Positions 33,689 through 43,664 of a stretch of 64,000 nucleotides of DNA are shown here, piece by piece. The position numbers were made by a program, and so were the translations under genes. The notes below the pieces were generated by a model. That model saw only the letters and a program-made list of their open reading frames with translations. It was not told where the DNA came from and searched no databases. The first letter of the stretch is position 1, and each line of letters begins with the position of its first letter. The stretch covers positions 420,763-484,762 of the forward strand of contig CAVTEM010000007.1 in the NCBI GenBank assembly GCA_963733845.1. Direction: 5' to 3'. The DNA comes from an uncultured Actinomycetes bacterium. GTDB lineage: Bacteria; Actinomycetota; Thermoleophilia; Gaiellales; Gaiellaceae.

Positions 33689-33948
33689 GCCGGCGGCGGA
33701 GCGGCCGCGTGCTTCACTCGCTCGAAGCACGCTTCGTGGCACGGGTACTCCGCCTCGCGCGGCGGGTTCGACACATGGACGCGGTACGCGTCGCGCGCGT
33801 CGGGCTCGATCCACTCGCCGCACACCAGGCATGCGCCGCCTCGCGAGAGGACGCGATCCTCGACCCGGTCCGGGATCTCGGCCCGGTTCGGATCGTGCAT
33901 GACCTCCGTGACAGCCATCGCTAGATGCGGCGCGGGAAACCCACGCAA
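33685..33948 (-). CDS. Small Cys/His-rich protein (putative zinc-binding), unknown function
   Basis: ORF MRGFPAPHLAMAVTEVMHDPNRAEIPDRVEDRVLSRGGACLVCGEWIEPDARDAYRVHVSNPPREAEYPCHEACFERVKHAAAPPPA. Third codon positions are about 90% G/C by eye, which supports coding. It has CxxC plus CHxxC. The start could be 33948, 33918 or 33900. The 3' end overlaps the convergent SDR stop. Confidence 0.5.
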   Translation of the reverse strand: MRGFPAPHLAMAVTEVMHDPNRAEIPDRVEDRVLSRGGACLVCGEWIEPDARDAYRVHVSNPPREAEYPCHEACFERVKHAAAPPPA

Positions 33949-34027
33949 CTCTCACGGTAGCCGCTCGACTGTGGGGGCGGGGACTGGGCGGCGTGGGGTC
34001 CCGTCCAGTCCCCGATCCCCTCGTGGG

Positions 34028-35726
34028 TCACTTGAAGGTCCGGACCACGTGTTCGGCCGTGCGCCAGGCCGTCGCCTGGATCGTCTGGGTCGGGTTGCGG
34101 CCCGCCGAGCTCGGGAAGACCGAACCGCCGATGATGCCGAGGTTCGGCACCTCGTGGGACATGCCCCAGCGGTCGACGACGTTGACGGCCGGGTCGTCGC
34201 CCATCCGCGTCCCGCCGTAGGCATGTGTGCTCAGCGAGCGGGCACCCGGCGCCGCCGTCCAGACCTCGGCCGCGCCCGCGGCCTTCAGCCACTCGACCAT
34301 CTTCCCCTGCACGTAGTCGGACTCACGGCGCTCGTTGTCGTGGAAGTCGTTGGTGATCCGGATCACCGGCCGGCCGAGCGGGTCCCTGACAGCCGGGTCG
34401 AGGTCGAGGTAGTTGTCCACGTACGAGAGCACCTCGAGCTGGGCGCCGACGCCGGCGACCGAGTCGGCGTTCTTCGCCAGCCAGGCCTTCCACTGCGAGC
34501 CCCAGCGCGGGACGCTGGGCGGGATCGAGTTCGCGGTTCCGATCGGCTTCGCTTCCATCGTCGCGCTGGCCATGCCCCCGCCGATGAAGCCGAGGCCGGT
34601 GTGGTCGAAGTTGTCGGCGTCCCAATCGTCCAGCGCCGTGAACTGCCCCAGCGTGCCGCTGTAGCGGTTCAATCGCTTCCCCGGGAACCAGCCGGTGGCG
34701 CCTGCGGAGCCGAGGCCGTGCGCGATGTAGTGCTTGCCGACCTGGCCGTGGTTGTTCGAGAGCCCGTTCGGAAAGGCTCTGCGATGTCGAGAGCAGCAGC
34801 AGGCGCACGTTGCCGTACGTGTACGCGGCGAGCAGCACGACCTTCGCCGGCTGAAAGTACTCGCGCCTGTTCTTGAGGTAGAGCACGCCCGACGCGCGGC
34901 CCTGGCTGTCGACCTCGATGCGGAGCGCGTCCGCCGTCGGGACGACCTTCAGGTTCTTCGTCTTCTCGGCGGCCGGGATGTAGTCGACGTTGGTCTGGAC
35001 CTTGGCGTTCGTGTAGCAGCCCGTCCAGCCGCAGAAGCCGCAGTACGTGCAACCGGACTTGCCGCGGTACGCCTTCGAGCGGATTCCGGCCGGGCCGGGA
35101 TACGGATGCCAGCCGACCGACTTCGCGGCGGCCGTCATCATGTCCGTGAAGCCGGAGTTGCGGAGCGCCGGAAGCGGGTACTTGCGCCGGCGCGGCCCTT
35201 CGAAGGGGTTCCCCCGCGGGTCGAGCTTCCCCTGCAGGTTCCCGTGCTGGCCGGAGACCCCCGCGAAGTACTCGTGCTTGTCGTAGTACGGCTCGAGCTC
35301 GGCGTAGTCGATCGGCCAGTCGATCGAAGTCGAGTCCTTCGGGATCGCGTTCGGCCCGTAGCGCTTGATCGACTCCGACACGGTCTTGAAGTTCCACGGC
35401 AGGAATCGCCAGCTCTGGGTCATCCAGTGGATCGACGTGCCGCCGACCGCATTCATCATCGGGCCGACCGCACCGAGCGGGCGGGTCGCGGCGACGCGCG
35501 CGTTCGGTCGCGTCGTGGGCACCTCCTTGTTGGCCTTGAAGCGGCCCCACGTGTCGCGAATGTCGTTCTTGATCTCGTCGAACGGGTAGTCCTTCACGGT
35601 CGCGCGCGGCCCCGCCTCGAGGGCGACGACCTTCATGCCCGCGTTCGCGAGCGGCCAGACGGCGGTGCCGCCTGCCGCGCCGGTGCCGATGACGACGACA
35701 TCGACCGGCTTCAGCATCTCGGGCAT
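34028..35726 (-). CDS. GMC-family FAD oxidoreductase (gluconate 2-dehydrogenase flavoprotein-like; one frame switch)
   Basis: MPEMLKPVDVVVIGTGAAGGTAVWPLANAGMKVVALEAG carries the FAD GxGxxG motif. The gene continues ..GGTSIHWMTQSWRF..CTYCGFCGWTGCYTNAK..VVLLAAYTYGNVRLLLLS (ORF 34323..35726). There is a switch near 34750 into ORF 34028..34672: ..THAYGGTRMGDDPAVNVVDRWGMSHEVPNLGIIGGSVFPSSAGRNPTQTIQATAWRTAEH. Confidence 0.85.
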
Positions 35727-36408
35727 GTCAGTACCTCCTTCGCCGCGGTCTTGAACAGCGGGATCGAGTAGGCCGACTGCATGTTCGCCTTCGGCTTGAC
35801 ATTGAGGCGCTGGTCGCGCGCACTGATCACGAGCCGCGGGCCGGGGAACCGCACGAGCTTCCAGCCGACGAGGTTCGTGTTCCCACCGTGCTCGGGTCGC
35901 CGAACATGCCCTGGACGGCGTGCGTGCGGAACATCTCGAACACCGCCTTGCCGTTCGGCACGAACTCCGACGGCGTGGCTCGATTCAGGTCCATGTCGGT
36001 CAGCACCGCGTCCTGCCTGTCGGCAGGCAGCGCGGCGAACGTGGCGCCGTGCTTGGCGAGCGCGTACCCATCGAGCGCGTTGATGGCGGCCGTGTACGCG
36101 AGCCTGAACGGCCTGAGATCGCCGGCCAACGCGCGGTCGATGTAGCGCGCGACATTGGCCTCTTTCGCGCCGGGCCCCGTCGCGTCGGACGGGATCAGGC
36201 GGTCGCAGACGGCGGCGATGGTTCTGGCCTCTCCGGGAGAGAGGGTCTTCATTTGCCGCAGTTCGGCGAGCTCCGCCTCGGCACGAGCAGCGTCCGGCTT
36301 CAGCACCGTCGGTACGGCGGCGGCTGCGCCGAACACGCCCGCCCGCTTGAGGAGTTCGCTGCGAGACAGGGGTGTAGAGGGTGCCTTTTCCTCCCCTGAG
36401 CAGTCCAT
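35711..36408 (-). CDS. Gluconate 2-dehydrogenase subunit-3-like small subunit with Tat-like signal (one frame switch)
   Basis: The ATG at 36408 has GGAGGA upstream. The gene opens MDCSGEEKAPSTPLSRSELLKRAGVFGAAAAVPTVL and continues ..CDRLIPSDATGPGAKEANVARYIDRAL..FAALPADRQDAVL..HAVQGMFGDP. There is a switch near 35895 to EHGGNTNLVGWKLVRFPGPRL..NMQSAYSIPLFKTAAKEVLT... The 3' end overlaps the GMC gene start. Confidence 0.65.
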
Positions 36409-36514
36409 TCGTCCTCCGATCGGAACGCGGGTATGTGGCGCGATCACTTTAAGCCAGCGGCGCGCGCTCTGCAATACTTCGCACGTTCGTCCAACAAACT
36501 GAAGGGAGTGACGC

Positions 36515-36884
36515 ATGGTCCGCCGGTTGTTCGTTCTTGCGACACTCGCCGTGGGGGCACTCGCTGCGGGCGTGGTCGCCATCGCCGCTCTCGCGCCGGC
36601 GGCGTCCGGCACGAACAGCGCGAAGTACACCGTCACGGCGCGTGACTTCAGGTTCGCGATCGTTCCGGCGCGGCTCAAGGCCGGAAGGCAGACGTTCACC
36701 GTCATCAATCGCGGCGAGGCCACGCACGACTTCAAGATCGGCACGAAGAAGACCCGGCTCCTGAACCCAGGCCAGCGCCAGACGATCACGGTGACGCTCA
36801 AGAAGGGCCGCCGCTACACGGTGCATCTGCACCGTTCCGGGCCACGTGGCGCTCGGGATGAAGAAGACGATGGTCGCGCGATGA
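36515..36884 (+). CDS. Secreted cupredoxin (type-1 copper-like) protein (one frame switch)
   Basis: The signal peptide is MVRRLFVLATLAVGALAAGVVAIAALAPAASG. The mature part reads YTVTARDFRFAIVPARLKAGRQTFTVINRGEATHDFKI..LNPGQRQTITVTLKKGRRYTVH. Removing one base near 36825 gives CTVPGHVALGMKKTMVAR*, a C-x4-H-x4-M copper-ligand set. The TGA at 36882-36884 overlaps the next ATG. Confidence 0.7.
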
Positions 36885-37012
36885 GCGAGGAAGAGCTCGA
36901 GGACGAGCCGCAGCCCGAGGATCAACCGGCCGAGCCCGAGCTCGAGGAGATCCCGGAGAACGTCCCGGACGACTGGCTGGAACAGAAGCCCTTCGATCCG
37001 GCCGGTCGCTAG
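36881..37012 (+). CDS. Possible 43-aa highly acidic peptide (speculative)
   Basis: MSEEELEDEPQPEDQPAEPELEEIPENVPDDWLEQKPFDPAGR, with an ATGA overlap to the repaired cupredoxin stop. It could instead be an artefact of the frame error, because the ORF track shows it fused to the cupredoxin. Confidence 0.25.
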   Translation: MSEEELEDEPQPEDQPAEPELEEIPENVPDDWLEQKPFDPAGR

Positions 37013-37027
37013 AACGACGCTCGCGCC

Positions 37028-37585
37028 CTACAGGGTCGGCGGTGTGACCACGGCCAGCACGATCGCCTTGCTCTTCCCCAGGTTCCTGTAGGTGTGCCGT
37101 CGGTTGGCGCGGAAGTGCACGGTGTCGTGCTTCCGCAGGATGATCGGCTCGTGACCGTCGATCTCCGCCTGGATCGACCCGCGCAGCACGTGCACGATCT
37201 CTTCTCCTTCGTGCTCCGAGTAATCGGCCAGCCCGCCGCCCGGCTCGAAGATCGCGACGACCGGCATCATCATCCGGCCGTCCGTCTCGGAGGTGAGCAG
37301 GTAGACGTCGATTCCCTCGGCCGGCGACAGGACGTGCTGCCCGTCGCCGTCGCGAACCACGATCGGATCCTGGCCCGGTGACGGTGGCAGGAGGTCGGAC
37401 AGGTGCACGCCGTAGAAGGCAACGAGCCGGATCAGGCGCCCGATCGTGATGTCCGTCCGACCGGTCTCGACAAGGGACAGGAAGGACTGGGAGATGCTCG
37501 TATCCTGTGCGACCTGGGCGAGCGATAAGCCGCGCTCGCGCCGGAGCGCGCGCAGGCGCTCGCCGAGCTCAGGCTGGGCCGACAT
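37028..37585 (-). CDS. XRE-family HTH transcriptional regulator with C-terminal cupin domain
   Basis: The ATG at 37585 opens MSAQPELGERLRALRRERGLSLAQVAQDTSISQSFLSLVETGRTDITIGRLIRLVAFYGV, an HTH_3 region. The cupin-like part is ..GGLADYSEHEGEEIVHVLRGSIQAEIDGHEPIILRKHDTVHFRANRRHTYRN. Intact. Confidence 0.85.
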   Translation of the reverse strand: MSAQPELGERLRALRRERGLSLAQVAQDTSISQSFLSLVETGRTDITIGRLIRLVAFYGVHLSDLLPPSPGQDPIVVRDGDGQHVLSPAEGIDVYLLTSETDGRMMMPVVAIFEPGGGLADYSEHEGEEIVHVLRGSIQAEIDGHEPIILRKHDTVHFRANRRHTYRNLGKSKAIVLAVVTPPTL

Positions 37586-37610
37586 GCGTTCAAAGGGTAA
37601 CCGGCCGGCG

Positions 37611-38213
37611 CTATGCGGGCCTGGATCGCGGCGCACGGATTGCCCGCGTAGCGATCGGGCCGAGGCGCAGCGACTCGTCCGCCTCGACCCGTAGTCCTGC
37701 GCGATCGAGCAGAGCGAGCAGCGGTCGGCGTGCGGGCGCATGTGCTCGCCGCGGTCGTGGTCGATGAACCAGCGGCCGACACGGTTGCGCTGCTCGGTCA
37801 CAGGCTCGAGCGAGACGACGGCTCCTGAGGCCAGCTCGCGCGCCGTCGTCAGCACGGACACCGCCGCCTCGTCCGGCAGGTGGTGCAGGAAGTCGACCAT
37901 CAGCACGAGGTCGAAGCGCTCGCCCTCGGCGACCAGCTCGGACGCATCGACGCAGCGGAACGTATGTCGCTCGTCGCCGCGCCGTCGGCGCGCGTGGTCC
38001 ACGTAAGGGCAATTCAGGTCGACTCCTACGTAGCGGCCGCGCTGTCAGCGAGGCGTACTGGCCGATCCCGCAACCGATGTCGAGCACGCTCGGCTCGCCG
38101 TCGAGCAGCCCCCAGCGGGCGAGCAGCGCCCTGCGCCGCCGGTAGAGCCCGAACGTGAGGTCGAGCCCGACGCGGCTCGCCTCCCACACCAGCGGCCGGT
38201 CGAGGGCGCTCAC
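37611..38213 (-). CDS. SAM-dependent methyltransferase (frame-disrupted as given)
   Basis: The GTG at 38213 forms a GTGA overlap with the upstream stop. The gene opens (V)SALDRPLVWEASRVGLDLTFGLYRRRRALLARWGLLDGEPSVLDIGCGIGQYASL (motif I). ORF 37028..38002 then reads VDHARRRRGDERHTFRCVDASELVAEGERFDLVLMVDFLHHLPDEAAVSVLTTARELASGAVVSLEPV. The tail LALLDRAGLRVEADESLRLGPIATRAI ends at 37611. Confidence 0.65.
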   Translation of the reverse strand: MSALDRPLVWEASRVGLDLTFGLYRRRRALLARWGLLDGEPSVLDIGCGIGQYASLTARPLRRSRPELPLRGPRAPTARRRATYVPLRRCVRAGRRGRALRPRADGRLPAPPAGRGGGVRADDGARAGLRSRRLARACDRAAQPCRPLVHRPRPRRAHAPARRPLLALLDRAGLRVEADESLRLGPIATRAIRAPRSRPA

Positions 38214-39887
38214 AGACCGAAGAAGACCCGTCGGCCGTCCGTGCTGACGATCGGCTCTCCGGCGCCCGCCGCGCGCGCCTGCGTCTCCAGGGCGGCGCCG
38301 TTGTCCGCGAAGCCGAAGCGGTCGACCATCACGCCTGCGTACCCGGCAGCGCGCGCCTCGGCGACCGTGTCGACGTCGTCGCCGATGTCCTCGTCGCGAC
38401 CCTTCATCGCGCCGTAGCTCCAGCGCAGGTCGTCCGAGTGCAGGTAGGGGCGGACGTGGTCGTAGTCGACCATGCGCTGGATCGGCGGCGAGGAGGGGAA
38501 CGCGAGGTAGGGGAGCTCGAGCACCGCGGCGCCCTCGGGCAGCGCCGCGTCGACGCGCTCGACCCAGTCCTCGTCGCTGCTCCACTCGGCGGCGACCTGG
38601 TCGTAGGACGGCGTCATCGCGCCGGTGGTCTGGTCGAGCGCGCCGACCAGGAGCAGCGGGCCGCGGCGACCGCCCAGGCCGCACCGTCCGCGAACCGGCC
38701 GAGCGGAGCGCGACCGCGAGCAGCGCGAGGAACGCGATGAAGACCGAGAAGCGGTTCCAGGCGTGCAGCTGCGGGCTGATCAGGAAGCTGACGGCTGGCG
38801 CCAGCCCTCCCGTCATCGCGAAGAAGAGCGCGATCAGGGCCAGGACGGCCGCGTACCGCAGCAGCGGGTCGCCGCGTGGAGCGCCGGCCCGCCGAACGGC
38901 CTTCGCGAGCAGGATCGTCGCGAGCAGCACGACCAGCCCGACGTCCCGACGATGCCGAGGGCCGCGAAGGACGCCTCGGTGACGCCGACCTGGCGCTCGT
39001 AGCGCTCCTTGACGTCGGCGAGGCGCCGATGCGGTGGTCGCGACGGGCAGCACGAGCTGGAGCGGCGCGGAGGCTGAAGACCTCGGTCTCGAAGGCGAAG
39101 CGCTCGACCGCCGGGTTCGAGCCCTCCCGCAGGCGATCGACGATCGCCGGCGCGAAGTTCACGACCAGCGCGACCACGATCGCCGCCCCGAGGGCGCCGG
39201 CCGTCACGAGCGGACGGGTCGTCCGGCTCGTCGACCGCGGCCAGAGATCGCGGCGGCCGCCAGCAGGATCAGCGTGAAGGCGGCGTAGTACACGGCCGCC
39301 GAGCCGACGATCACGCACGCAGCGAGGATCGCGAGCGCCCGCCGGCTGCGAAGGGGCGTGACGAGCGGCGTGTCCGCGAGCACCGAGAGCGCGAGGAAGC
39401 AGCCGAGCGGCACCGCCCAGTACGCGGCCAGGAAGAGGTGGTCCTCGCCGCGCAGGAAGTGGTAGGGGAGCAGCGAGTAGAGCACCGAGGCGGCGAAGGC
39501 GCCCGGGCTGCGCCGACGCCCAGCCGGCGCAGGACGAGGAACGCCGTCAGCGCCGCCAGCGGGAAGGTCAGCAGGTAGAAGAGGTTGAAGGCGACGATCG
39601 GGTCGCGCACGACCACGCCGAGCGCACGCACGAGCGCCAGCTGGACGTTGTCGCCGGCGAAGACCGGGAAGTCGTAGAGCTCCTGCCCGCGCGGCGCGCC
39701 GAGCTCGTCGTTCTCCCAGAGCTGCGCCGTCCTCGACCGCGTGCTTGACGACGGCGGCGGTGAAGGCGGCGTCGCCGGAGTAGTCGAAGGGCACGCGCAG
39801 GTCGGCGTTCCAGACCTCGAGCACGAGGCACGCCACTACGAGCGCGAGCGCCGCTGCGGCGAGCGTCCCGACGAGCGCGCGGCCCAC
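38210..39887 (-). CDS. Large polytopic membrane protein with C-terminal soluble domain, family not recognised (heavily frame-disrupted)
   Basis: The GTG at 39887 opens (M)GRALVGTLAAAALALVVACLVLEVWNADLRVPFDYSGDAAFTAAVVKHAVEDG. The next piece is MRALGVVVRDPIVAFNLFYLLTFPLAALTAFLVLRRLGV (ORF 39311..39631). SVLYSLLPYHFLRGEDHLFLAAYWAVPLGCFLALSVL..ILAACVIVGSAAVYYAAFTLILLAAAA is in ORF 39204..39887. VTAGALGAAIVVALVVNFAPAIVDRLREGSNPAVERFAFETEVFSLR is in ORF 38614..39318. LLRYAAVLALIALFFAMTGGLAPAVSFLISPQLHAWNRFSVFIAFLALLAVAL follows. The soluble tail is ORF 38210..38617. Confidence 0.6.
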
Positions 39888-39889
39888 CC

Positions 39890-40850
39890 CTACAGCTCGG
39901 CGCGTGCGGCGAGTCGCTTGACGTCGGCCTCGACCATGAGCTGTACCAGTTCGTCGAAGCCGACCTCGGGCCTCCAGCCCAGCCGCTCGCGCGCCTTCCT
40001 CGCGTCGCCGAGGAGCGCCTTCGGGGTCGGTGGCGCCGCGCGTGAGCGACTCGTCGTAGCGGACGTGCTCCTGCCAGTCGAGGCCGACGACGCCGGAAGG
40101 CGGCCTCGACGAGGTCGCGGACGGAGCGGGCCTCGCCCGTGGCGACGACGTAGTCGTCCGCGCCCTCGGCGCGCACCATCAGCTGCATCGCGCGGGTGTA
40201 GTCGCCGGCGAAGCCCCAGTCGCGGCGGGCGTCGAGGTTCCCGAGCGTGACGTGGTCCTCGAGCCCGAGGCTGATCGCCGCGGCGGCGCGGGTGATCTTG
40301 CGGGTGACGAAGTGCGGCGGGCGGCGCGGCGACTCATGGTTGAACAGGATCCCGGCGGACGCGTGCAGCCCGTAGCGGGCTCGAAACGCCTGCACCGCGT
40401 GGAGCCCGAAGGCCTTGGCCGCACCGTAGGGGCTCAGCGGCGCCGGCCGCGTCGTCTCGCTCTGCGGCGGCTCGTCGGCGGCGGCGAAGATCTCGCTCGA
40501 CGAGGCGAAGAAGGCGCGCGTCTGCGGGACTCGCACGCAGCGCGTCGAGCAGCGCGACGACCGCGCCTGTCTCGGCGCGCGTCAGTCCGACCGGGTCTTC
40601 CCACCAGGCGGGCACGAACGAGACCGCGGCGAGGTGGTAGAGCTCGTCGGGAGCGAGCTCGGTAGAGCCTGCGCCGGGATCGAGGAGGTCGAGGTCGACG
40701 AAGCGAATCCGGTCGCGGATCTCCCTCGAGCAGCGGGTAGTCGTCAGGAGAGCCGAGGACGGTGCCGAGCACCTCGTGCCCGTCCGCCAGCAGTTGCTCG
40801 GCGAGATAGGAGCCGTCCTGCCCGCCGACACCCGTGATCAGCGCCCTCAC
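39890..40850 (-). CDS. gmd: GDP-mannose 4,6-dehydratase, copy 2 (frame-disrupted as given)
   Basis: The GTG at 40850 opens VRALITGVGGQDGSYLAEQLLADGHEVLGTV. The next piece is IRFVDLDLLDPG..LYHLAAVSFVPAWWEDPVGLTRAETGAVVALLDALR (ORF 40334..40831). [120 protein letters not shown] is in ORF 39568..40536. The tail LLGDARKAREQLGWRPEVGFDELVQLMVEADVKRLAARAEL ends at the TAG at 39890-39892. Confidence 0.8.
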
Positions 40851-40944
40851 GGGCGCGCACCCTACGCGACCCGCTTGGCGGGGGCGTGCTCGGCTCGGTG
40901 CGCCCCGAGCTCGGCTCGAGCATGCGAGACCGCCGAGGCTTCGC

Positions 40945-42460
40945 TCAATACGCGCCGCGCGCCGCCACGACGGCGGGCACCGTCTTGGCGAGGATCGAGA
41001 TGTCGAGCCAGATCGACCAATGCTCGAGGTAGTAGAAGTCCAGGCGGACGAGGTCGTCGAAGCGAGAGATCGGCACGACCCGCGATCTGCCACAGGCCCG
41101 TCATCCCCGGCAGCACGAGGTAGCGCTTGCGGTGCCACGCCTCGAGGCGCTCGAAGTCGCGCACGGGCAGCGGCCGCGGCCCGACGAGGCTCATCTCGCC
41201 GCGAAGCACGTTCAGCACCTGCGGGATCTCGTCGAGCGAGAAGCGGCGCAGGAAGCGGCCGACCGGGGTGATGCGCGGGTCGTCGCGGATCTTGAACAGC
41301 GCGCCCTCGGCCTCGTTCGCCCCTTCCAGCTGCTCCTGCCGCTCGGCCGCGTCGGCGTACATCGTCCGGAACTTGATCATGTCGAACGGCTCCTCGTTCA
41401 GCCCGATCCTGCGGTCGCGGTACAGGATCGGCCCGCGCGACCCGAGCTTGATCGCGGCGGCCACGGCGAGCCAGATGGGCAGGCCGAACACGATCACCAG
41501 CACGCTCACCACGAGGTCGAACGCCCGCTTCACGACCCAGTCGGAGCCGGCGAAGGCCGGCGGGCGCAGCTCGAAGAGCGGCGTGCCCTGACCGGGGATG
41601 TACTCGGCTCGCTCGGTCAGGAGCGCCGTCGTCTTCGGTGCCACGCGCACCTGGACGCCGCGCCGGTGGGCCTGCTCGACGATGTCGAGCAGCTGGCGCT
41701 CGCTGAAGTCCGAGTCGGCCAGGATCAGCTCGTCCAGCGCCTGCGTCTCGGCGAGCACGCCCGGGAGGCTCTCGAGCGGCCCCAGCACGGGCAGGTCACC
41801 TCGAGCCGAGCCCTCGCTGACCACGCCGATGAAGTCGTAGGTGATGCCGCTGCGGTTGGAGCCGATCGCCTGGTGCAGGTGCGTGAGGCTCGGCTCCTCG
41901 CCGACGAGGATCGCACGCCGGCGGACGCCCGCGATCCGCATCGCCTCGCCGCTCAGCACCTCGTAGCTCGCGCGCAGCAGCCCGATCAGCACGACGGCGA
42001 GCACGAGTGCGGTCGGCACGAGCCCGTAGGTGTGGAACTCGTGGTCGGTGCCGATCCCGAAGGCGAGGGCCAGGACGCCCACGAGCGCCAGCGAGCCGAC
42101 GATGCGGCCGACCCCCGCACGATGGCCGCGCTCGGCGTACAGGCCGGCTCTCCAGAAGACGAGCACGGTCACGAGCCCGAGAAACGGCAGCCAGTCCGAC
42201 TCGGCGCGCCAGAGCACGCCCCAGAGGATCGAGTCGGCGCCGTGGTAGAGCTCGCGGATGACCAGCGCGGCGTAGATCCCGAGGGTCAGGCCGCAGAGAT
42301 CGAGCAGGACGAGAGAGGCGACGCTCGCGACCCGGCGGACGAACGCGCGCAGGTGCTGCGCGGAGAGGAGCCAGGGCCGCGCGGAGCGGATGTCGCCCAC
42401 CCTCGGCGCGGGCGGAGGTCGCTCGGAGGACGCGGGCCGGACGGCAGGCTTCGTGGCCAC
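40945..42460 (-). CDS. Polyprenyl-phosphate hexose-1-phosphate transferase (WbaP/EPS-type large phosphoglycosyl transferase; terminal frame switch)
   Basis: ORF 40862..42460 has N-terminal TM helices and a central Rossmann-like segment (RRAILVGEEPSL..LDELILAD). The bacterial sugar transferase domain follows: KRAFDLVVSVLVIVFGLPIWLAVAAAIKLGSRGPILYRDRRIGLNEEPFDMIKFRTMYADAAE..ALFKIRDDPRITPVGRFLRRFSLDEIPQVLNVLRGEMSLVGPRPLP. After about 41080 the true tail (..DFYYLEHWSIWLDISILAKTVPAVVAARGAY) is in another frame and ends at the TGA at 40945-40947. Confidence 0.85.
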
Positions 42461-42494
42461 GCGGAAACTCTACTCCCGGTTTGTCAGAAGTCCT

Positions 42495-43664
42495 TTAGCG
42501 CCGCAGCCGCTGGAAGGCGCTGAACGCGGGCTTCCTGGCGCCGTTGCGTGTCATCAAGCCGGACTGCCACCCGTCCAGCGAGCGCTGGTCGCGCAGCAGG
42601 AACCAGACCATCATGTCGATGCGCGGGTTCTTGCGGGCGATCCCGAACGCCTGCTTGAGGTAGCTCGCCTGCTTCGCGTAGGTGACGCCGAAGCGCCGGT
42701 CGGGCGGTTTCGTCTGGTACCCGTACTCGGTGATCCAGAGCCGCTTCTTACCGTAGAGACGCGTGAGCTCCTTGATCAGGTCGTTGATGTTCCCGAGCCC
42801 AACGGCTGTCTTGGCCTTCGGCCGCGAGGTGGGCGACTCGCTCGGGCTGCCGTAGTACGGGTGGTGGACATAGGCGTCGAACTTCTTCATCCCCGCTCGC
42901 TTGGCGGCGCGCAGGAACGCCAGCGGCGACACGGACGGCCGCGACGACTTCGGCGAGTTGTTGCCGCGGGGCGCGGTGACGCCGCAGCCGACCTTCTCGT
43001 TCTTCAACAGCGTCGACTTCACCCCGGAGTAGACCGCGTTGCAGATCTTCGCGTAGTCGACGGCGCTCTGGACGACCCAGCGCTTGCCGACCTTCCGATA
43101 CTGCTTGCGCAGGAATACGGGGTTGTTCGGCTCGTTCCAGGCGAGCCACAGGCGTACTGCGGGCAGCGGCGCGGCATACGGCGCGTCCGTGCCGCCGGGC
43201 CGGAACGTGCCGCTGTAGCGCCTCGCCGCCGCATAGGCGAAGTTGCGGAGGTCGGCCATCTTGGCGGGCGGGACGTTGGGCCCGTTGCCGCGGTTGGCCC
43301 AGCCGGGCGTGCCGTAGATGGCGAAGACGACCTTGATCCTGTAGCGCTGCGCCAGCTGGACCGTGCGGTCGTACAGCGACCAGTCGTAGGCCTTGTCTTT
43401 CGGATCGAGCGGCTTTGCCGGCCGGCGCTTGGCCACCGCGAGCCCGGTGCCCGTACGGCCGGGGGCCGAGCCCCAGTAGAGGTTCACGCGCACCACCTGC
43501 GTCCGCAGCGTGCGCATCATCGGGAAGGCGCGCGTCGCGTTGCCGAACGTCTGAGGCTCGTCGTAGAGGCCGACGAGCATGCCCTTCGCAGCCATCGCCG
43601 ACGGCACGGCCACGAGAGCGGCGGCGATCGCGGTCGCCGCCGCGAGCACGGCCCGGCTACGCAA
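42495..43664 (-). CDS. Secreted clan GH-A (TIM-barrel) glycoside hydrolase-like protein
   Basis: Intact 389 aa. The signal peptide is [38 protein letters not shown] is an NEP acid/base motif and LWITEYGYQ is a TE nucleophile motif. It overlaps the UXS stop by 8 nt. Confidence 0.75.
   Translation of the reverse strand: MRSRAVLAAATAIAAALVAVPSAMAAKGMLVGLYDEPQTFGNATRAFPMMRTLRTQVVRVNLYWGSAPGRTGTGLAVAKRRPAKPLDPKDKAYDWSLYDRTVQLAQRYRIKVVFAIYGTPGWANRGNGPNVPPAKMADLRNFAYAAARRYSGTFRPGGTDAPYAAPLPAVRLWLAWNEPNNPVFLRKQYRKVGKRWVVQSAVDYAKICNAVYSGVKSTLLKNEKVGCGVTAPRGNNSPKSSRPSVSPLAFLRAAKRAGMKKFDAYVHHPYYGSPSESPTSRPKAKTAVGLGNINDLIKELTRLYGKKRLWITEYGYQTKPPDRRFGVTYAKQASYLKQAFGIARKNPRIDMMVWFLLRDQRSLDGWQSGLMTRNGARKPAFSAFQRLRR

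Noticed and set aside
31000-33924. Apparent giant multidomain proteins (31000..33924 at 974 aa, 54992..58042 at 1016 aa, 14287..16608, 7037..9817, 58571..61459)
   Set aside because: Each is a concatenation of two to four separate genes through out-of-frame, stop-free stretches. The sensible peptide segments are interrupted by Arg-rich nonsense, and internal start/stop overlaps (ATGA, GTGA, CTGA) mark the real gene boundaries.
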